From Bacillota bacterium (GTDB lineage: Bacteria; Bacillota; Ch66; Ch109), in assembly GCA_050952625.1 (NCBI GenBank), contig JBMNLH010000005.1, positions 64,001 to 128,000 of the forward strand: DNA of 64,000 nucleotides, written 5' to 3'. Shown here in pieces: positions 20,345-30,624 of the stretch (positions are counted from its first letter, which is position 1; each line of letters begins with the position of its first letter). The position numbers were made by a program, and so were the translations under genes. The notes beneath the pieces are model-generated. The model did not search any database, was not told the DNA's origin, and saw only the letters and a list, made by a program, of their open reading frames with translations.

Positions 20345-21073
20345 ATGGATTGGTTTATAGAGAGTTCCTGGAAAACGGTCGTCGCCTTTACGGTCGTGCT
20401 AAGTTATGCCCGGTTGTTAGGCAAAGAGCAAATCGGTCACCTTACTTTTTATGATTATGTGGTCGGTATTACTTTTGGTAACTTGGCTGCTTCTTTGGCT
20501 TTGGCTCCAGTACCAGAAATGCTAGGGATTTTTTGGCAGTCAACCTTGTTTGTTGGGATAGCTTATTTTTTGGGGTTCGTTACTTTGAAAAGTAGGCAGA
20601 TGCGCAAAATAATTGAGGGTGAACCGGTGATTGTGATCCATAACGGCAAGATTCTAGAGCATGGTATGCGGAAAATGAGGTATAACACGGAAAACCTGTT
20701 GACGCAGCTGCGCGATAAAGGGATCTTTAATATCGCTGATGTCGAATATGCTATTTTGGAGACTAATGGCTGCTTAAGTGTACTCCCTCACTCCCAGAAA
20801 CGGCCAGTAACCCCGCAAGATTTGCAGCTGCCGACGCAGTACGAGGGTGTCCCGAGCGAGATAATCGTTAAGGGCAAGGTGATTTATCCCAATTTGGAAC
20901 AAAATAATTTGGACGAACAGTGGTTGATTTCCGCCCTTAACCAGAAGGGGATCAATGACCCGTCTGATGTGTTTTACGCCAGCCTGGACACCAGCGGGAA
21001 TCTATATATTGATTTGTGGCGCGATGATCTCCAGTATCCGGTCGATGTGACTGATTGTAAGGTTCCGGATTAA
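20345..21073 (+). CDS. DUF421/YetF family membrane protein
   Basis: RLLGKEQIGHL, EGEPVIVIHNGKI, YAILETNG. Confidence 0.9.
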   Translation: MDWFIESSWKTVVAFTVVLSYARLLGKEQIGHLTFYDYVVGITFGNLAASLALAPVPEMLGIFWQSTLFVGIAYFLGFVTLKSRQMRKIIEGEPVIVIHNGKILEHGMRKMRYNTENLLTQLRDKGIFNIADVEYAILETNGCLSVLPHSQKRPVTPQDLQLPTQYEGVPSEIIVKGKVIYPNLEQNNLDEQWLISALNQKGINDPSDVFYASLDTSGNLYIDLWRDDLQYPVDVTDCKVPD

Positions 21074-21378
21074 ACACATCTTCTTCTTGAGTGTAGGCGG
21101 AAAGTAGTGGATACGTCACTTCATTTAGAATGACAACTGATTTGCCTCGCCTAAAAGCAGGCTTATTCGCTCGCGCTCAGGATGACATATATTCGCCATT
21201 TTTATAGGTGGTTGTACTAACGGGCATGGGCGGTTAAATAAGTGGATTGTGGTCTTTTATACTGTGGAAATATATGGTATGATTATGGGGGCTAAGGGTA
21301 GTTTTGATACTCCTCATGGCTTAAATCGGAGCTTTACGGCCTATTAGAGTAATTATTTTATGGGATGGGGGTTGGACG

Positions 21379-22854
21379 GTGAGTCAAATCAAGTTTGGGA
21401 CTGATGGTTGGCGGGCAATAGTGGCGGATACCTTTACCTTTGAAAATGTGCGGCGGGTAACCCAGGCCATTGCTGATTACGTGAATCATCAGCAAATTGG
21501 CCATCGGGGAATTGTTGTGGGCTATGACTACCGGTTTCTCGGTAACCGGTTTGCGGAGGCGGTCACTGAGGTCCTAATGGGGAACGGAATTTCTGTTTTT
21601 TTGTTGCCGCAGGGCACCCCGACCCCGGTTACGGCCTTCATAATTCAGCACCGGCAAGCAGCCGGGGCAGTGATGTTAACGGCCAGCCATAACCCGCCTG
21701 AATATAATGGGATTAAGTTTATCCCGGAATACGCCGGGCCGGCTCTGCCGGCTATTACTGATGAGATTGAGCGTTTTCTGTTGAAAGTGTTGCAAGAAGA
21801 TCCAGAACCTGCGGGTGGAAAGGCAGATTTTGTACCAGCCAAAGCGGGTTCGACACGGGTGAAGCACTTGCCTCTGGCTAAAGGCCGACAGCTCGGTCTG
21901 CTGCAGGAGGTTCAGCCGGAAGAGGCCTACCTGACTCATTTACAGTCCGTGGTCGATGTGGAGGGAATTCGGCATCATCCTTTAAAAGTCGTGATTGATC
22001 CAATGTTCGGCTGCGGGATTGGTTATCTGGAAAAGTTCCTGCTTGGGGCAGGCTGCCAGGTCGAAACCATTCATTCTTACCGCGATCCCTTGTTTGGCGG
22101 GATTGTTCCAGAGCCGATGGGAAAATGGCTGACTGAGTTGCAAAGCCGGGTTCAAGAAACCGGGGCGGATCTTGGTTTAGCGATGGACGGGGATGCGGAC
22201 CGGTTTGGGATCGTTGATCGCCAGGGCAATTATGTTTCGGCCAATCAGGTCCTATACCTTTTATTCTATCACCTGCTGCATACTCGCCAATACCGGGGGC
22301 CGGTCGCGCGGACGGTGGCCACAACGCATATGCTGGATCGGATTGCCAGAAAGTATGGTCTGGCGGTTGAGGAAACGGCGGTCGGCTTCAAGTACATCGG
22401 GCAGGCTTTGCTGGAAAGAGGGGCGTTGCTGGGCGGAGAAGAAAGCGGCGGCCTCAGTATTCACGGGCATATCCCAGAAAAGGACGGCATCCTGGCTGCC
22501 GCCTTGATGGCCGAACTGGTGGCGACCGGCGGGAAAGATCCCAACCAGTTAAGTCAGGAGATCGCGGCCGAATACGGCCTGCTGGTTAGTGAGCGAATTG
22601 ATATTCACTCGACCCAGGAAGAAAAAGAACGGATTCTTGGAATCCTGCAGAGTTTTCATCCCGCTTATCTGGCCGACTTCAAGGTAATTGAGCGAATAAC
22701 CCACGATGGGGTGAAACTATTGCTGGAAAGAGATAATTGGCTCTTGATCCGGGCATCCGGGACCGAGCCTCTCTTCCGCCTTTATGTAGAGGCTGAGGAT
22801 TGGGAGAGTCTAAAACGAATCCAACAAGCAGCGATCAAGTTACTGGGCCTTTAA
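21379..22854 (+). CDS. Phosphoglucomutase/phosphomannomutase
   Basis: FGTDGWR, TASHNP, DGDADR, GEESGG, RASGTEP. Confidence 0.95.
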   Translation: MSQIKFGTDGWRAIVADTFTFENVRRVTQAIADYVNHQQIGHRGIVVGYDYRFLGNRFAEAVTEVLMGNGISVFLLPQGTPTPVTAFIIQHRQAAGAVMLTASHNPPEYNGIKFIPEYAGPALPAITDEIERFLLKVLQEDPEPAGGKADFVPAKAGSTRVKHLPLAKGRQLGLLQEVQPEEAYLTHLQSVVDVEGIRHHPLKVVIDPMFGCGIGYLEKFLLGAGCQVETIHSYRDPLFGGIVPEPMGKWLTELQSRVQETGADLGLAMDGDADRFGIVDRQGNYVSANQVLYLLFYHLLHTRQYRGPVARTVATTHMLDRIARKYGLAVEETAVGFKYIGQALLERGALLGGEESGGLSIHGHIPEKDGILAAALMAELVATGGKDPNQLSQEIAAEYGLLVSERIDIHSTQEEKERILGILQSFHPAYLADFKVIERITHDGVKLLLERDNWLLIRASGTEPLFRLYVEAEDWESLKRIQQAAIKLLGL

Positions 22855-22921
22855 GTGGACAAGTGGGACACGGGGCCTTTTTGCAAACTCCCGATACAAC
22901 TTCTGAAATGTTTATCTGGAC

Positions 22922-23026
22922 AAAAGACCCCCATTTCTATAAGTGGGGGTTACCTTGTTTAAACTTCGGGTGGAGTAGAGTCTCCATCTGAAGCCTCGGT
23001 GTTCAGCGAAGCTGAACGAGTTCGCT
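22922..23026 (+). mobile_element. Non-autonomous IS200/IS605 right-end-like element, family B (copies near 9851, 24179, 24853, 25960, 40824, 59568)
   Basis: AAAAGACYCCC..TCTATAAG.GGG, hairpin CTTCRGGTGGAG/CTCCATCTGAAG, TTCAGCGAAGCTGAA, ends GAGTTC(A/G)CT. Confidence 0.7.
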
Positions 23027-23246
23027 AGGCCATTCTAGACACCTTCCCATAGCGAACACCTTCCATAATAATTTTGAATTTTTTAATAATCTAAGATTAA
23101 TTCTTAGATTATTTTGTTCCGGCAACAATCATCAACAAATGTTTGTCCGTGTCCGTGTCCTGTCCCCGTATCCGTATCCGTGTCTGTGTTTGTGTCTGTA
23201 TCCGTGTCTCGTCCCCGTGTTCCGGTTGGAAATAGCAATTAAATGG

Positions 23247-23271
23247 AGGAAATTTTTAGACTTTGTCGAAT
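23247..23271 (+). promoter_or_regulatory. Putative sigma-H promoter
   Basis: AGGA-N17-GAAT upstream of the response regulator. Confidence 0.45.
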
Positions 23272-23487
23272 GTAGGTATAAAGTAATACCGTGATTTAAC
23301 GATAGTTAACATAAGTAGTTTTTTAGCTAAAACCCGGGTTCTAAAATTGGGGGTGTTCAAAATTATTACTAAAGCAATTGACAGCTTAGGTTTAGGCTTC
23401 AGACGGGATGTTGGTTCTTCTGGGAATTTAGCTTTAGGTTCTGGTGCAAGTTCCAGTAGTATTTTTCCGACCCGGGGTGAAGATAAG

Positions 23488-24162
23488 TTGGCGGGTAAAG
23501 GAGTTAAAGCTCACGATGAGATTCGGGTATGCATTGTAGATGACCATGCCCTGGTTAGACAGGGGTTAGCCAGGGTTTTGGAACTAGAACCTCGGATTCA
23601 AGTGGTGGGTGAGGCTGGTGATGGTCTAGAAGCAATTTTACTGGCAAATGAATTGCGGCCAGACGTTATCCTGATGGATATAAATATGCCTGTAACTGAC
23701 GGGATTGAAGCCAGTCGGATTATTAACCGCGACCATCCCAAAACGCGAATCATTGCGCTAACTGTTTACGATGATGATCGTGTTTTTGAGGTTATCAGAG
23801 CCGGGGTTTCTGCTTATATTCTGAAGGATGTAGAGGCAGAAGAACTAATTCGGGCGATAATTGACGTTCATGAGGGACGGTCAATTATTCACCCGCGAGT
23901 AACCGGTAAGGTGCTGGGTGAATTCACCCGTCTATCCAATTCGGAGGGAGATGGCAGCCACTTAGACCGGCTCACGCAAAGAGAAAGGGAAGTTCTGGAG
24001 CTAATTGCTAAAGGTGAGGCTAATCGGGAGATTGCCAATCGGTTATACATAAGTGAAAAGACGGTGAAAAACCATATAACCAGCATTCTTCGCAAGCTAA
24101 ATGTGCATGACCGTACTCAGGCCGCCATTTATGCCATTAAGCGTAAATTGGTTGAGCCATGA
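23488..24162 (+). CDS. NarL/LuxR-family response regulator (DegU-like)
   Basis: VDDH, LMDINMP, LTQREREVL..SEKTVKNH; located upstream of comF/flg as degU is in Bacillus; TTG start inferred. Confidence 0.88.
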   Translation: MAGKGVKAHDEIRVCIVDDHALVRQGLARVLELEPRIQVVGEAGDGLEAILLANELRPDVILMDINMPVTDGIEASRIINRDHPKTRIIALTVYDDDRVFEVIRAGVSAYILKDVEAEELIRAIIDVHEGRSIIHPRVTGKVLGEFTRLSNSEGDGSHLDRLTQREREVLELIAKGEANREIANRLYISEKTVKNHITSILRKLNVHDRTQAAIYAIKRKLVEP

Positions 24163-24346
24163 GTTTGCAATAAATTACGCCTTGATGTTCAGCGAAGCTA
24201 AGCGAGTTCACTGAGCTGATTCCGTTCGGTCCCCAGAGTGGTTACCCCTTGGTTATGTTAAGGCATACACTAGAGTGTAGTAATGTGATTAATGTCAATC
24301 GCTGGCCTTGTATCAGATTAGAGAAGTTTATCCAGGGGGGACTATC

Positions 24347-24838
24347 ATGGACTGGGTTTTTCTGGGGAAGAGTTTGTTGGTTATCCTGGGTTTATTTTTG
24401 GTCTTTTGGGTTAATTGGAAACTGATTTGGAAGGCGCAGCGGGAGTCTGGTTCTTATTTGTCAGTTGTTTTATTAATGGTGGTCCAAAACCAGGAGAAGA
24501 TTATAGAAGGTGTGATTCGGCAGTTGCGTTGGCTTCGCTTACGTTCGCCGGTTTTTTTTGAATTAGTCGTGGTTGATAGCGGCTCGCGGGATAATACGAA
24601 CGAAATTTTGCATCGGCTGTGGCGGTGTCAGGAGGACTTTAGATTTTACCGATTGGAGGAAACGGACTGCGGGGCTAATCCGCTGGAGGTTGTTCGACGG
24701 GATAACTTCCAACAAACAATTTATTTGGTCGAACTAGACTATTCAGCCTCGCTGGGTCAGGTAGTAAAGGCAATCGATCGGGCCCTGCAGGGAGATTATT
24801 CTAACGAAATGGTTAGAATCGTTGATAAGTGGGCCTAA
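24347..24838 (+). CDS. Membrane-anchored GT2-like hypothetical protein
   Basis: N-terminal TM helix; LSVVLL..QNQEK..ELVVVDSGSRDNT. Confidence 0.65.
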   Translation: MDWVFLGKSLLVILGLFLVFWVNWKLIWKAQRESGSYLSVVLLMVVQNQEKIIEGVIRQLRWLRLRSPVFFELVVVDSGSRDNTNEILHRLWRCQEDFRFYRLEETDCGANPLEVVRRDNFQQTIYLVELDYSASLGQVVKAIDRALQGDYSNEMVRIVDKWA

Positions 24839-25165
24839 TTTATAGCTGGATCAAAAAGACTCCCGCTTCTGCAGGGGGTTATCCTATTTGAACTTCAGGT
24901 GGTCTTTTTTTACCGCTGCCTTGAGTACCCTAGGCGGGGGGTACCCTATTTGAACTCCAGGTGGAGTAGAGTCTCCAGCCCCGATGTTCGGCGAGGCTAA
25001 ACGAGTTCATTTTAGGCTATCCGTGAGGTACATTGCATTTTATTTTAGAATTGTGTAAAATTTATAGAAAAAAGTTTAAAATAAGGCAGATTTAAGGCAG
25101 GAATATAGAAAGCTGATGTTGAAATATTCTAATAGATTTTAATGTTTTGAAAGGAGAATCTGACC

Positions 25166-25909
25166 TTGGACGAACTCGATGTTCTTTTGGGGAAGACAAG
25201 ACTCCTTAACCAGATGGTACAGCGTCAGTCCGACCAACCTCCGGATTTTAAGGAGTTGGCCAGTATTTTATCGGGACTTACAGCAAGCCATGTCTATATT
25301 ATAGAAAAAAAGGGGAATGTATTGGGCAGCTGTAATTACCCCGGGATTGGTCAGCCGATGGTTGGGTCAAGGGTACTAGATGAGCACATTTTAACCGAGG
25401 AATATCTCGAGTGGTTATCTAGTTTTTTTGAGACTGGAGTTAGTTGTCAGGTGGGTCCGGATACTTTGCTGACTATTATTCCTTTGTATGGAGGGCCGAA
25501 TCGTTTAGGTACGGTAGTGCTGGCAAAATCTGAGGAATTTACGACGCAAGAGGTAATTGTCGCTGAGGTAGGAGCAACGGTTATTGGACTGGCCATTCTG
25601 CGAGACCTCAATGACCAGGCCGAAAGAATCAATCGAAAGAAGGATGCTGTCGCCCAGGCACTAGCTGTACTATCGTATTCTGAGGTTGAGGCGGTCAAGT
25701 ACATTTTTAAGGAACTAGATGGAGACGAAGGTTTTGTGGTGGCGATTCGATTGGCTGACAAGTATATGTTAACTCGTTCGGTTATTGTGAATGCCTTACG
25801 TAAGTTGGAAAGTGCTGGGGTAATTCAAGCGCGTTCCCTGGGGATGAAAGGGACATATATTAAGGTGTTAAATGAATTTTTACACGAGCAGTTAGCTGGG
25901 ATCGAATAA
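25166..25909 (+). CDS. codY: CodY-family transcriptional regulator
   Basis: LSYSEVEAV..TRSVIVNALRKLESAGVIQARSLGMKGTYIKVLN. Confidence 0.92.
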   Translation: MDELDVLLGKTRLLNQMVQRQSDQPPDFKELASILSGLTASHVYIIEKKGNVLGSCNYPGIGQPMVGSRVLDEHILTEEYLEWLSSFFETGVSCQVGPDTLLTIIPLYGGPNRLGTVVLAKSEEFTTQEVIVAEVGATVIGLAILRDLNDQAERINRKKDAVAQALAVLSYSEVEAVKYIFKELDGDEGFVVAIRLADKYMLTRSVIVNALRKLESAGVIQARSLGMKGTYIKVLNEFLHEQLAGIE

Positions 25910-26272
25910 GTAACCCAGATTTTTTTGGGCTTCCATCCTTCATATTGTTTAGCTGAATGAAAAAGACTCCTAAGACTTCAGGTGGAGAAGAGCCTCTATC
26001 TGAAAAATTGATGTTCAGCGAAGCTGATTAAAATTTACTGGATTCAACTTTTTCAGTAGTTATCACCTGGTTTGGAAGCAGAGACATTTCCCAGCCAGGT
26101 TTTCTTTTATAACGATCCTGATGAAACTGAACACCAGATAAATTTCGTTTTCTAGCCCAGTTTGCTAACCGAGTAAAACGAGTAAAATACCAGCGAATAC
26201 TGGCTATCTATGCCCGGGACGGTTAACCGGTCTTCGTGTTTCACAACGAGCTAAGGGTGGATCAAACAAACG

Positions 26273-28747
26273 ATGTCGTCTAATCTCTATCCGTCTTATC
26301 AAGTTTATCTGGCCTGGAACAATACTCATTACCGAATTTTTATTAGCCATTGGCCAGAACTGGATCTAAAAATCCTCTTTCAGGAGCAAGGGCTGAATAA
26401 ATTGGGTCTGTTGACTCGACCCCTGCCAATTGGGATCGCCCATTATGTTGCCGGCTGGATTGCGTCTGAGACGGAGAGGCGTTTGGCTTTGTTGGCTTCG
26501 GCTGATCAGACATCGTTCCCCGGGGTTAAAGCTGGCGGTTGGCGAAGTTGGTTAATCCGCGGTCAAGAAAGATTGCGTCGTCTAACTAGGACAACTGATT
26601 CGGCCAATACCACCGAGTTCGGGAATCTATTGATGCCGGAAAAAAACGGTCGGGCTGAGTTTGGTCCGGCGTTACTGCACCAGCGTTTTCGGTTGGTTCA
26701 AAAAGCCCTTAAATCCTTGGAAGCCGGAGCTTTGCCCGAAAAACTTGCTTGGGCTGAGTTTAAGCCAAGGATCTTGGTTGTCGGGGACTCAGGGTATGCG
26801 GCTTCTGGTGCCGGGCCTTGTTTCTCGGTCGATCCGGCTGGGTCTGAATCATTGGGTGAGCAGAAAGTTCTGAAGGCTTCAAATGCTCTGGAAGACGCCG
26901 GGGAAGCCCCGTTGCTTTCTGCTTACGAACCCGGGTCGGTAAAATCAATTCAGATAAATCAAGTTTCGGCTGCTTCGGATGCTTTTGCAGCAGCGGCAGT
27001 ACCGGGAACTAAGGCGATCTTGAGCGAAATATTAGCGGGCCGGGTGTTGGTGGCCGGAGAAGTCAAGACCATGCTTGCGACTAATGGACTAATATCGGAA
27101 GCGGCATCGGGACCGTGGCTGCCTCTCCCTATCCAAAATATCCTTCAGGTCCTGGCTTTGCGGGGGGAGGTTTGTTTATTGCCGTCGGTAAACCGGAGTC
27201 AGCTCGGTGACCCGGTATGTCAGCGGTGCGGCCAGTCTCGGGGGATTAAGTCTTCGGTCTGTCATTACTGCGGTCGTTTGGCGTGTTATTACTGTGAAGA
27301 ATGTCTTAATCTGGGTCTGGCGCGGGAATGTTTGCCGTTAATCGCGATGCCCGGACAAAGTCGCCTTACAGGCTTGCCGGAGACAATCCCGACGCCTCAG
27401 GCCTTGTCTCACGCACATCAGGGCTTGCGTCATTCATCTCCGGCCTCGCCTCTCGCACCTCAGACTTCGCGTTATTCGCCGCCGGGCCCGCATCTTACCC
27501 CTCGAGGTTCGCGTTATTCAGAAATTCAGGCACCGTATCAAACACCTCCGGTTTCGGGTCCTATCCCAGACGTTTCGGCCCAGAGTCAAGAGATAAGCCA
27601 GGAGGAGGGAGACCGGAAAACTACGGGAATTCCAGCCCCGGTCTGCTTGGAGTTTGCGCTTACCCCGGCCCAGCAGCGAGCAGCAGAAGAGGTTCGGCAG
27701 TTTTGGTTATCTGGGAAGCAGGCGGAGTGTTTGGTTTGGGCGGTCTGTGGAGCGGGAAAAACAGAGGTTGTTTTTTCAGTATTAGCCGAGGTTCTAGCCC
27801 GAGGGGGCCGCGTTTTATACGCTATTCCTCGTCGAGACGTCGTGCGGGAGCTAGAGCCCCGACTGCGGCAGGCTTTTCCGAATTACCGGGTCTTAGGTCT
27901 TTACGCTGGGAGCGGCCGCCGGTACGCAGCAGCGGATATTTATGTCGCGACTACTCACCAATCCCTGCGGTTTTACCAAAATTTTGACTTGGTTATCCTG
28001 GATGAGGTTGATGCCTATCCTTACCGGGATAGTCCGATGCTGCATTTTGCCGTGCAGCGCGCTCGAAAACCAGAGGGTAAGACCGTGTATCTTACGGCTA
28101 CGCCAAAGTCAGCCATGCAGCAACTGGCTTTGAAAGGCGAAATGGGCCTGGTTTATATCCCGGCTCGGCATCATGGTTATCCAGTTCCGGAGCCAGAATT
28201 GCTGGCTGAAAGGCAATTGCGTTATCCCCGGACCGGCCAGGAGTTGGGGCTGCCGCAGACTGTTATTGAATTGATTTATCAAAGCGTGGTCGTTGAGCAG
28301 GTCCGGTTGTTTGTTTTTGTTCCCTCTATTTGGTTGACTGAACAGGTAGCCCGGGCGATAAACCGCGTGGTTGAAAGTGATGATCGGTTTGAGAATAAGA
28401 GGGCCAGAAACTGGGCGCAATTCTGTCACGCCCGGGATCCTTGGCGGGACCAGAAGCGGACCGGTTTTTCCCGGGGAAATTTTCCGATCCTGGTGACGAC
28501 TACTATCTTGGAGCGGGGTATTACGATCGCCCCGGTTAATGTGCTGGTACTTTTTGCAGAGTCGGAAAAAATCTTTGATGAGGGGACTTTGGTGCAGATG
28601 GCCGGGCGGACCGGTCGAACCGAGGCTTACCCGGAGGGAAAAGTCTGGCTGGTTGGTGCCTCCGTCAGTCCAGCAATGCGGCAAGCGCGCGACAGAATTC
28701 TGGAGATGAATCGCATAGCCAGAGATCGGGGGTATTTGAGAGGATGA
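26273..28747 (+). CDS. comFA: ComFA-like DEAD/DEAH helicase with long N-terminal extension
   Basis: Zn motif CQRC..CHYC..YCEECL; AVCGAGKTE; DEVDAYPY; TTTILERGIT; QMAGRTGR. Confidence 0.9.
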   Translation: MSSNLYPSYQVYLAWNNTHYRIFISHWPELDLKILFQEQGLNKLGLLTRPLPIGIAHYVAGWIASETERRLALLASADQTSFPGVKAGGWRSWLIRGQERLRRLTRTTDSANTTEFGNLLMPEKNGRAEFGPALLHQRFRLVQKALKSLEAGALPEKLAWAEFKPRILVVGDSGYAASGAGPCFSVDPAGSESLGEQKVLKASNALEDAGEAPLLSAYEPGSVKSIQINQVSAASDAFAAAAVPGTKAILSEILAGRVLVAGEVKTMLATNGLISEAASGPWLPLPIQNILQVLALRGEVCLLPSVNRSQLGDPVCQRCGQSRGIKSSVCHYCGRLACYYCEECLNLGLARECLPLIAMPGQSRLTGLPETIPTPQALSHAHQGLRHSSPASPLAPQTSRYSPPGPHLTPRGSRYSEIQAPYQTPPVSGPIPDVSAQSQEISQEEGDRKTTGIPAPVCLEFALTPAQQRAAEEVRQFWLSGKQAECLVWAVCGAGKTEVVFSVLAEVLARGGRVLYAIPRRDVVRELEPRLRQAFPNYRVLGLYAGSGRRYAAADIYVATTHQSLRFYQNFDLVILDEVDAYPYRDSPMLHFAVQRARKPEGKTVYLTATPKSAMQQLALKGEMGLVYIPARHHGYPVPEPELLAERQLRYPRTGQELGLPQTVIELIYQSVVVEQVRLFVFVPSIWLTEQVARAINRVVESDDRFENKRARNWAQFCHARDPWRDQKRTGFSRGNFPILVTTTILERGITIAPVNVLVLFAESEKIFDEGTLVQMAGRTGRTEAYPEGKVWLVGASVSPAMRQARDRILEMNRIARDRGYLRG

Positions 28748-29781
28748 AACGGTTTTTGTCGGGCTTATTAGCTAAAATCAGCCGGGACAGTAAATCTGTT
28801 TCCGCGTCGGACGATAAACCTGTCCCCATGTCAGGCGATAGACCTGTCCCTGTGTCCCGCAATAAACCTGTCCTCGTGTCCCGCGATAAACCTATCAGCG
28901 TGTCCCAGTGGCTTGATTTAATCTATCCTCCTCCCAAAACTTGTCCGTTATGCGGGAAGACCTGGTCAAAGCAGCGGGGGGCGGCGGTTTGTGCGCGGTG
29001 TATTGGTGAGATTGCGGAGCTTCAGGCGGATATGGTTGTTTGTCGGCACTGTGGCCGATTCTTGGCAAGGGGATCCGTGGTTAGCAGATCGGGTTTAGCT
29101 GATGAATCAGTTCTTTTCTCCCAATATATTGATCAATCAGGCAGTCAGGCAAGTGTTCTGACGGTCGAGAATTTTTGCTGTGCTGACTGCCGCCAAAACC
29201 CGCCCGCCTTCCAAATGGCCCGGGCGATTGGCCCTTTTGAAGGCCTGCTGCGTGAGGCGGTGTACCAGCTGAAGTATCAGGGCAAGCTGTCTTTGCGGGA
29301 GCCATTGGGTTGGTTGATGGCGGAAGTAATCAGAAAAGAGTGGGCAATAAAAGGGCCGCCGCTGGTCGTACCGGTCCCTCTTCACCCTAACCGGCTGGCG
29401 GAACGCGGTTTTAACCAGGCTGAATTACTGGCAACAGCAGTGGCTCGTGAATTAGGCTGGCGATTGCATAATCAGTTGTTAATCAGGCAGGTGGATACCG
29501 TTTCCCAGACTCGGCTTAACCGGTCAGAACGCTTAATTAACCTGCAGGGTGCCTTTGCGGTGCGCGAGTCAGACAGGACCGTTCGTCAGGAGATGATAAA
29601 TGCTGGTTGTGCGGCGGAGAAACAGGTGCGCGAGCCAGACAGGATCGTTCGTCAGCCGATTGTCTTAGTTGATGATGTTTTGACGAGCGGTACAACGAGT
29701 GAGGAGTGTGCCCGGGTGCTGCAGCAGGCCGGCTACGGCCCGGTGATGGTGATCACGATCGCTACGGGTAAAATTGCCTAA
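28744..29781 (+). CDS. comFC: ComFC phosphoribosyltransferase-like competence protein
   Basis: CPLC..CARC, VPVPLH..RGFNQAELL, LVDDVLTSGTT. Confidence 0.9.
   Translation: MKRFLSGLLAKISRDSKSVSASDDKPVPMSGDRPVPVSRNKPVLVSRDKPISVSQWLDLIYPPPKTCPLCGKTWSKQRGAAVCARCIGEIAELQADMVVCRHCGRFLARGSVVSRSGLADESVLFSQYIDQSGSQASVLTVENFCCADCRQNPPAFQMARAIGPFEGLLREAVYQLKYQGKLSLREPLGWLMAEVIRKEWAIKGPPLVVPVPLHPNRLAERGFNQAELLATAVARELGWRLHNQLLIRQVDTVSQTRLNRSERLINLQGAFAVRESDRTVRQEMINAGCAAEKQVREPDRIVRQPIVLVDDVLTSGTTSEECARVLQQAGYGPVMVITIATGKIA
28786..28904 (-). repeat. Five tandem 24-bp REP-like units inside comFC
   Basis: GACGATAAACCTGTCCCCATGTC and variants at 24-bp period. Confidence 0.8.
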
Positions 29782-29874
29782 ACTTACATTAGAAGCTGGT
29801 TTTTACCCTATGTTTTCGATAAAATAAAGAAAATTAGTACAAAGAAATTAGTGCAATAACAAGGGGGGGAAAGA

Positions 29875-30297
29875 ATGGATTTTCGCAACTGTCCGCGGTG
29901 TGATCAGTTATTTCGTTATGCTGGCCGCAACCTTTGCCCGGCTTGTATTCGGGCTGAGGATGAGGAGTACGAGAAGGTGCGGGTTTTCGTTCGGGACCAT
30001 CCAGGAATGACTATTCCTGAGGTCAGTAAGGCGACCGGCGTAAGTTCCGAAAAGATCATCCGTTTTTTGCGTGATGGAAGGTTATTGTCAAAAGGATTAG
30101 ATATGGGGGGGAGTTTGACTTGCGATAGCTGCGGGACTCACATAGATGAGGGGACTTTATGCCTGCGGTGTCGAGAGGAATTAGCTAGCCAATTTGGAAG
30201 CAAACTTAATCTTCTCCAACCAAAAAAGACGCCTCCTCCCGGGAAGTCGTTCAGCCAGCATAAAATGCATACCGCCCAAACGAAAAAGCCCTACTAG
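29875..30297 (+). CDS. yvyF: YvyF-like flagellar operon protein
   Basis: NCPRC..LCPAC..EEYEKV..I.RFLRDGRL..CDSCG..LCLRC. Confidence 0.85.
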   Translation: MDFRNCPRCDQLFRYAGRNLCPACIRAEDEEYEKVRVFVRDHPGMTIPEVSKATGVSSEKIIRFLRDGRLLSKGLDMGGSLTCDSCGTHIDEGTLCLRCREELASQFGSKLNLLQPKKTPPPGKSFSQHKMHTAQTKKPY

Positions 30298-30624
30298 TAT
30301 TGTTGCGGTTATGTTTAGGGATGATGTTTTCACGCTAATTCCAGAGGGGAATCTCGCTACTAGTTATCGCTGCGGTTATGTCTAGGGCCTAACCATGGAT
30401 GAAACATTAAATCAGTATCGGACAGTTAAAAATCGGGGTCTAAGGCTGATTAAGCTCGTGGTGCTGAGCAAATCAGCGGTAATTTGCTTTTTAGCGACTA
30501 ATTGGAGTCGGCTGGGGTATCGAAAGATAAAATAAGAGACTGATAAGATTATTCGCATTTACTTAGGTTATTGTACTTTAACCGGCTAGATTATCTGGTC
30601 CGTGGACGAGGGGGAATAAGGATT

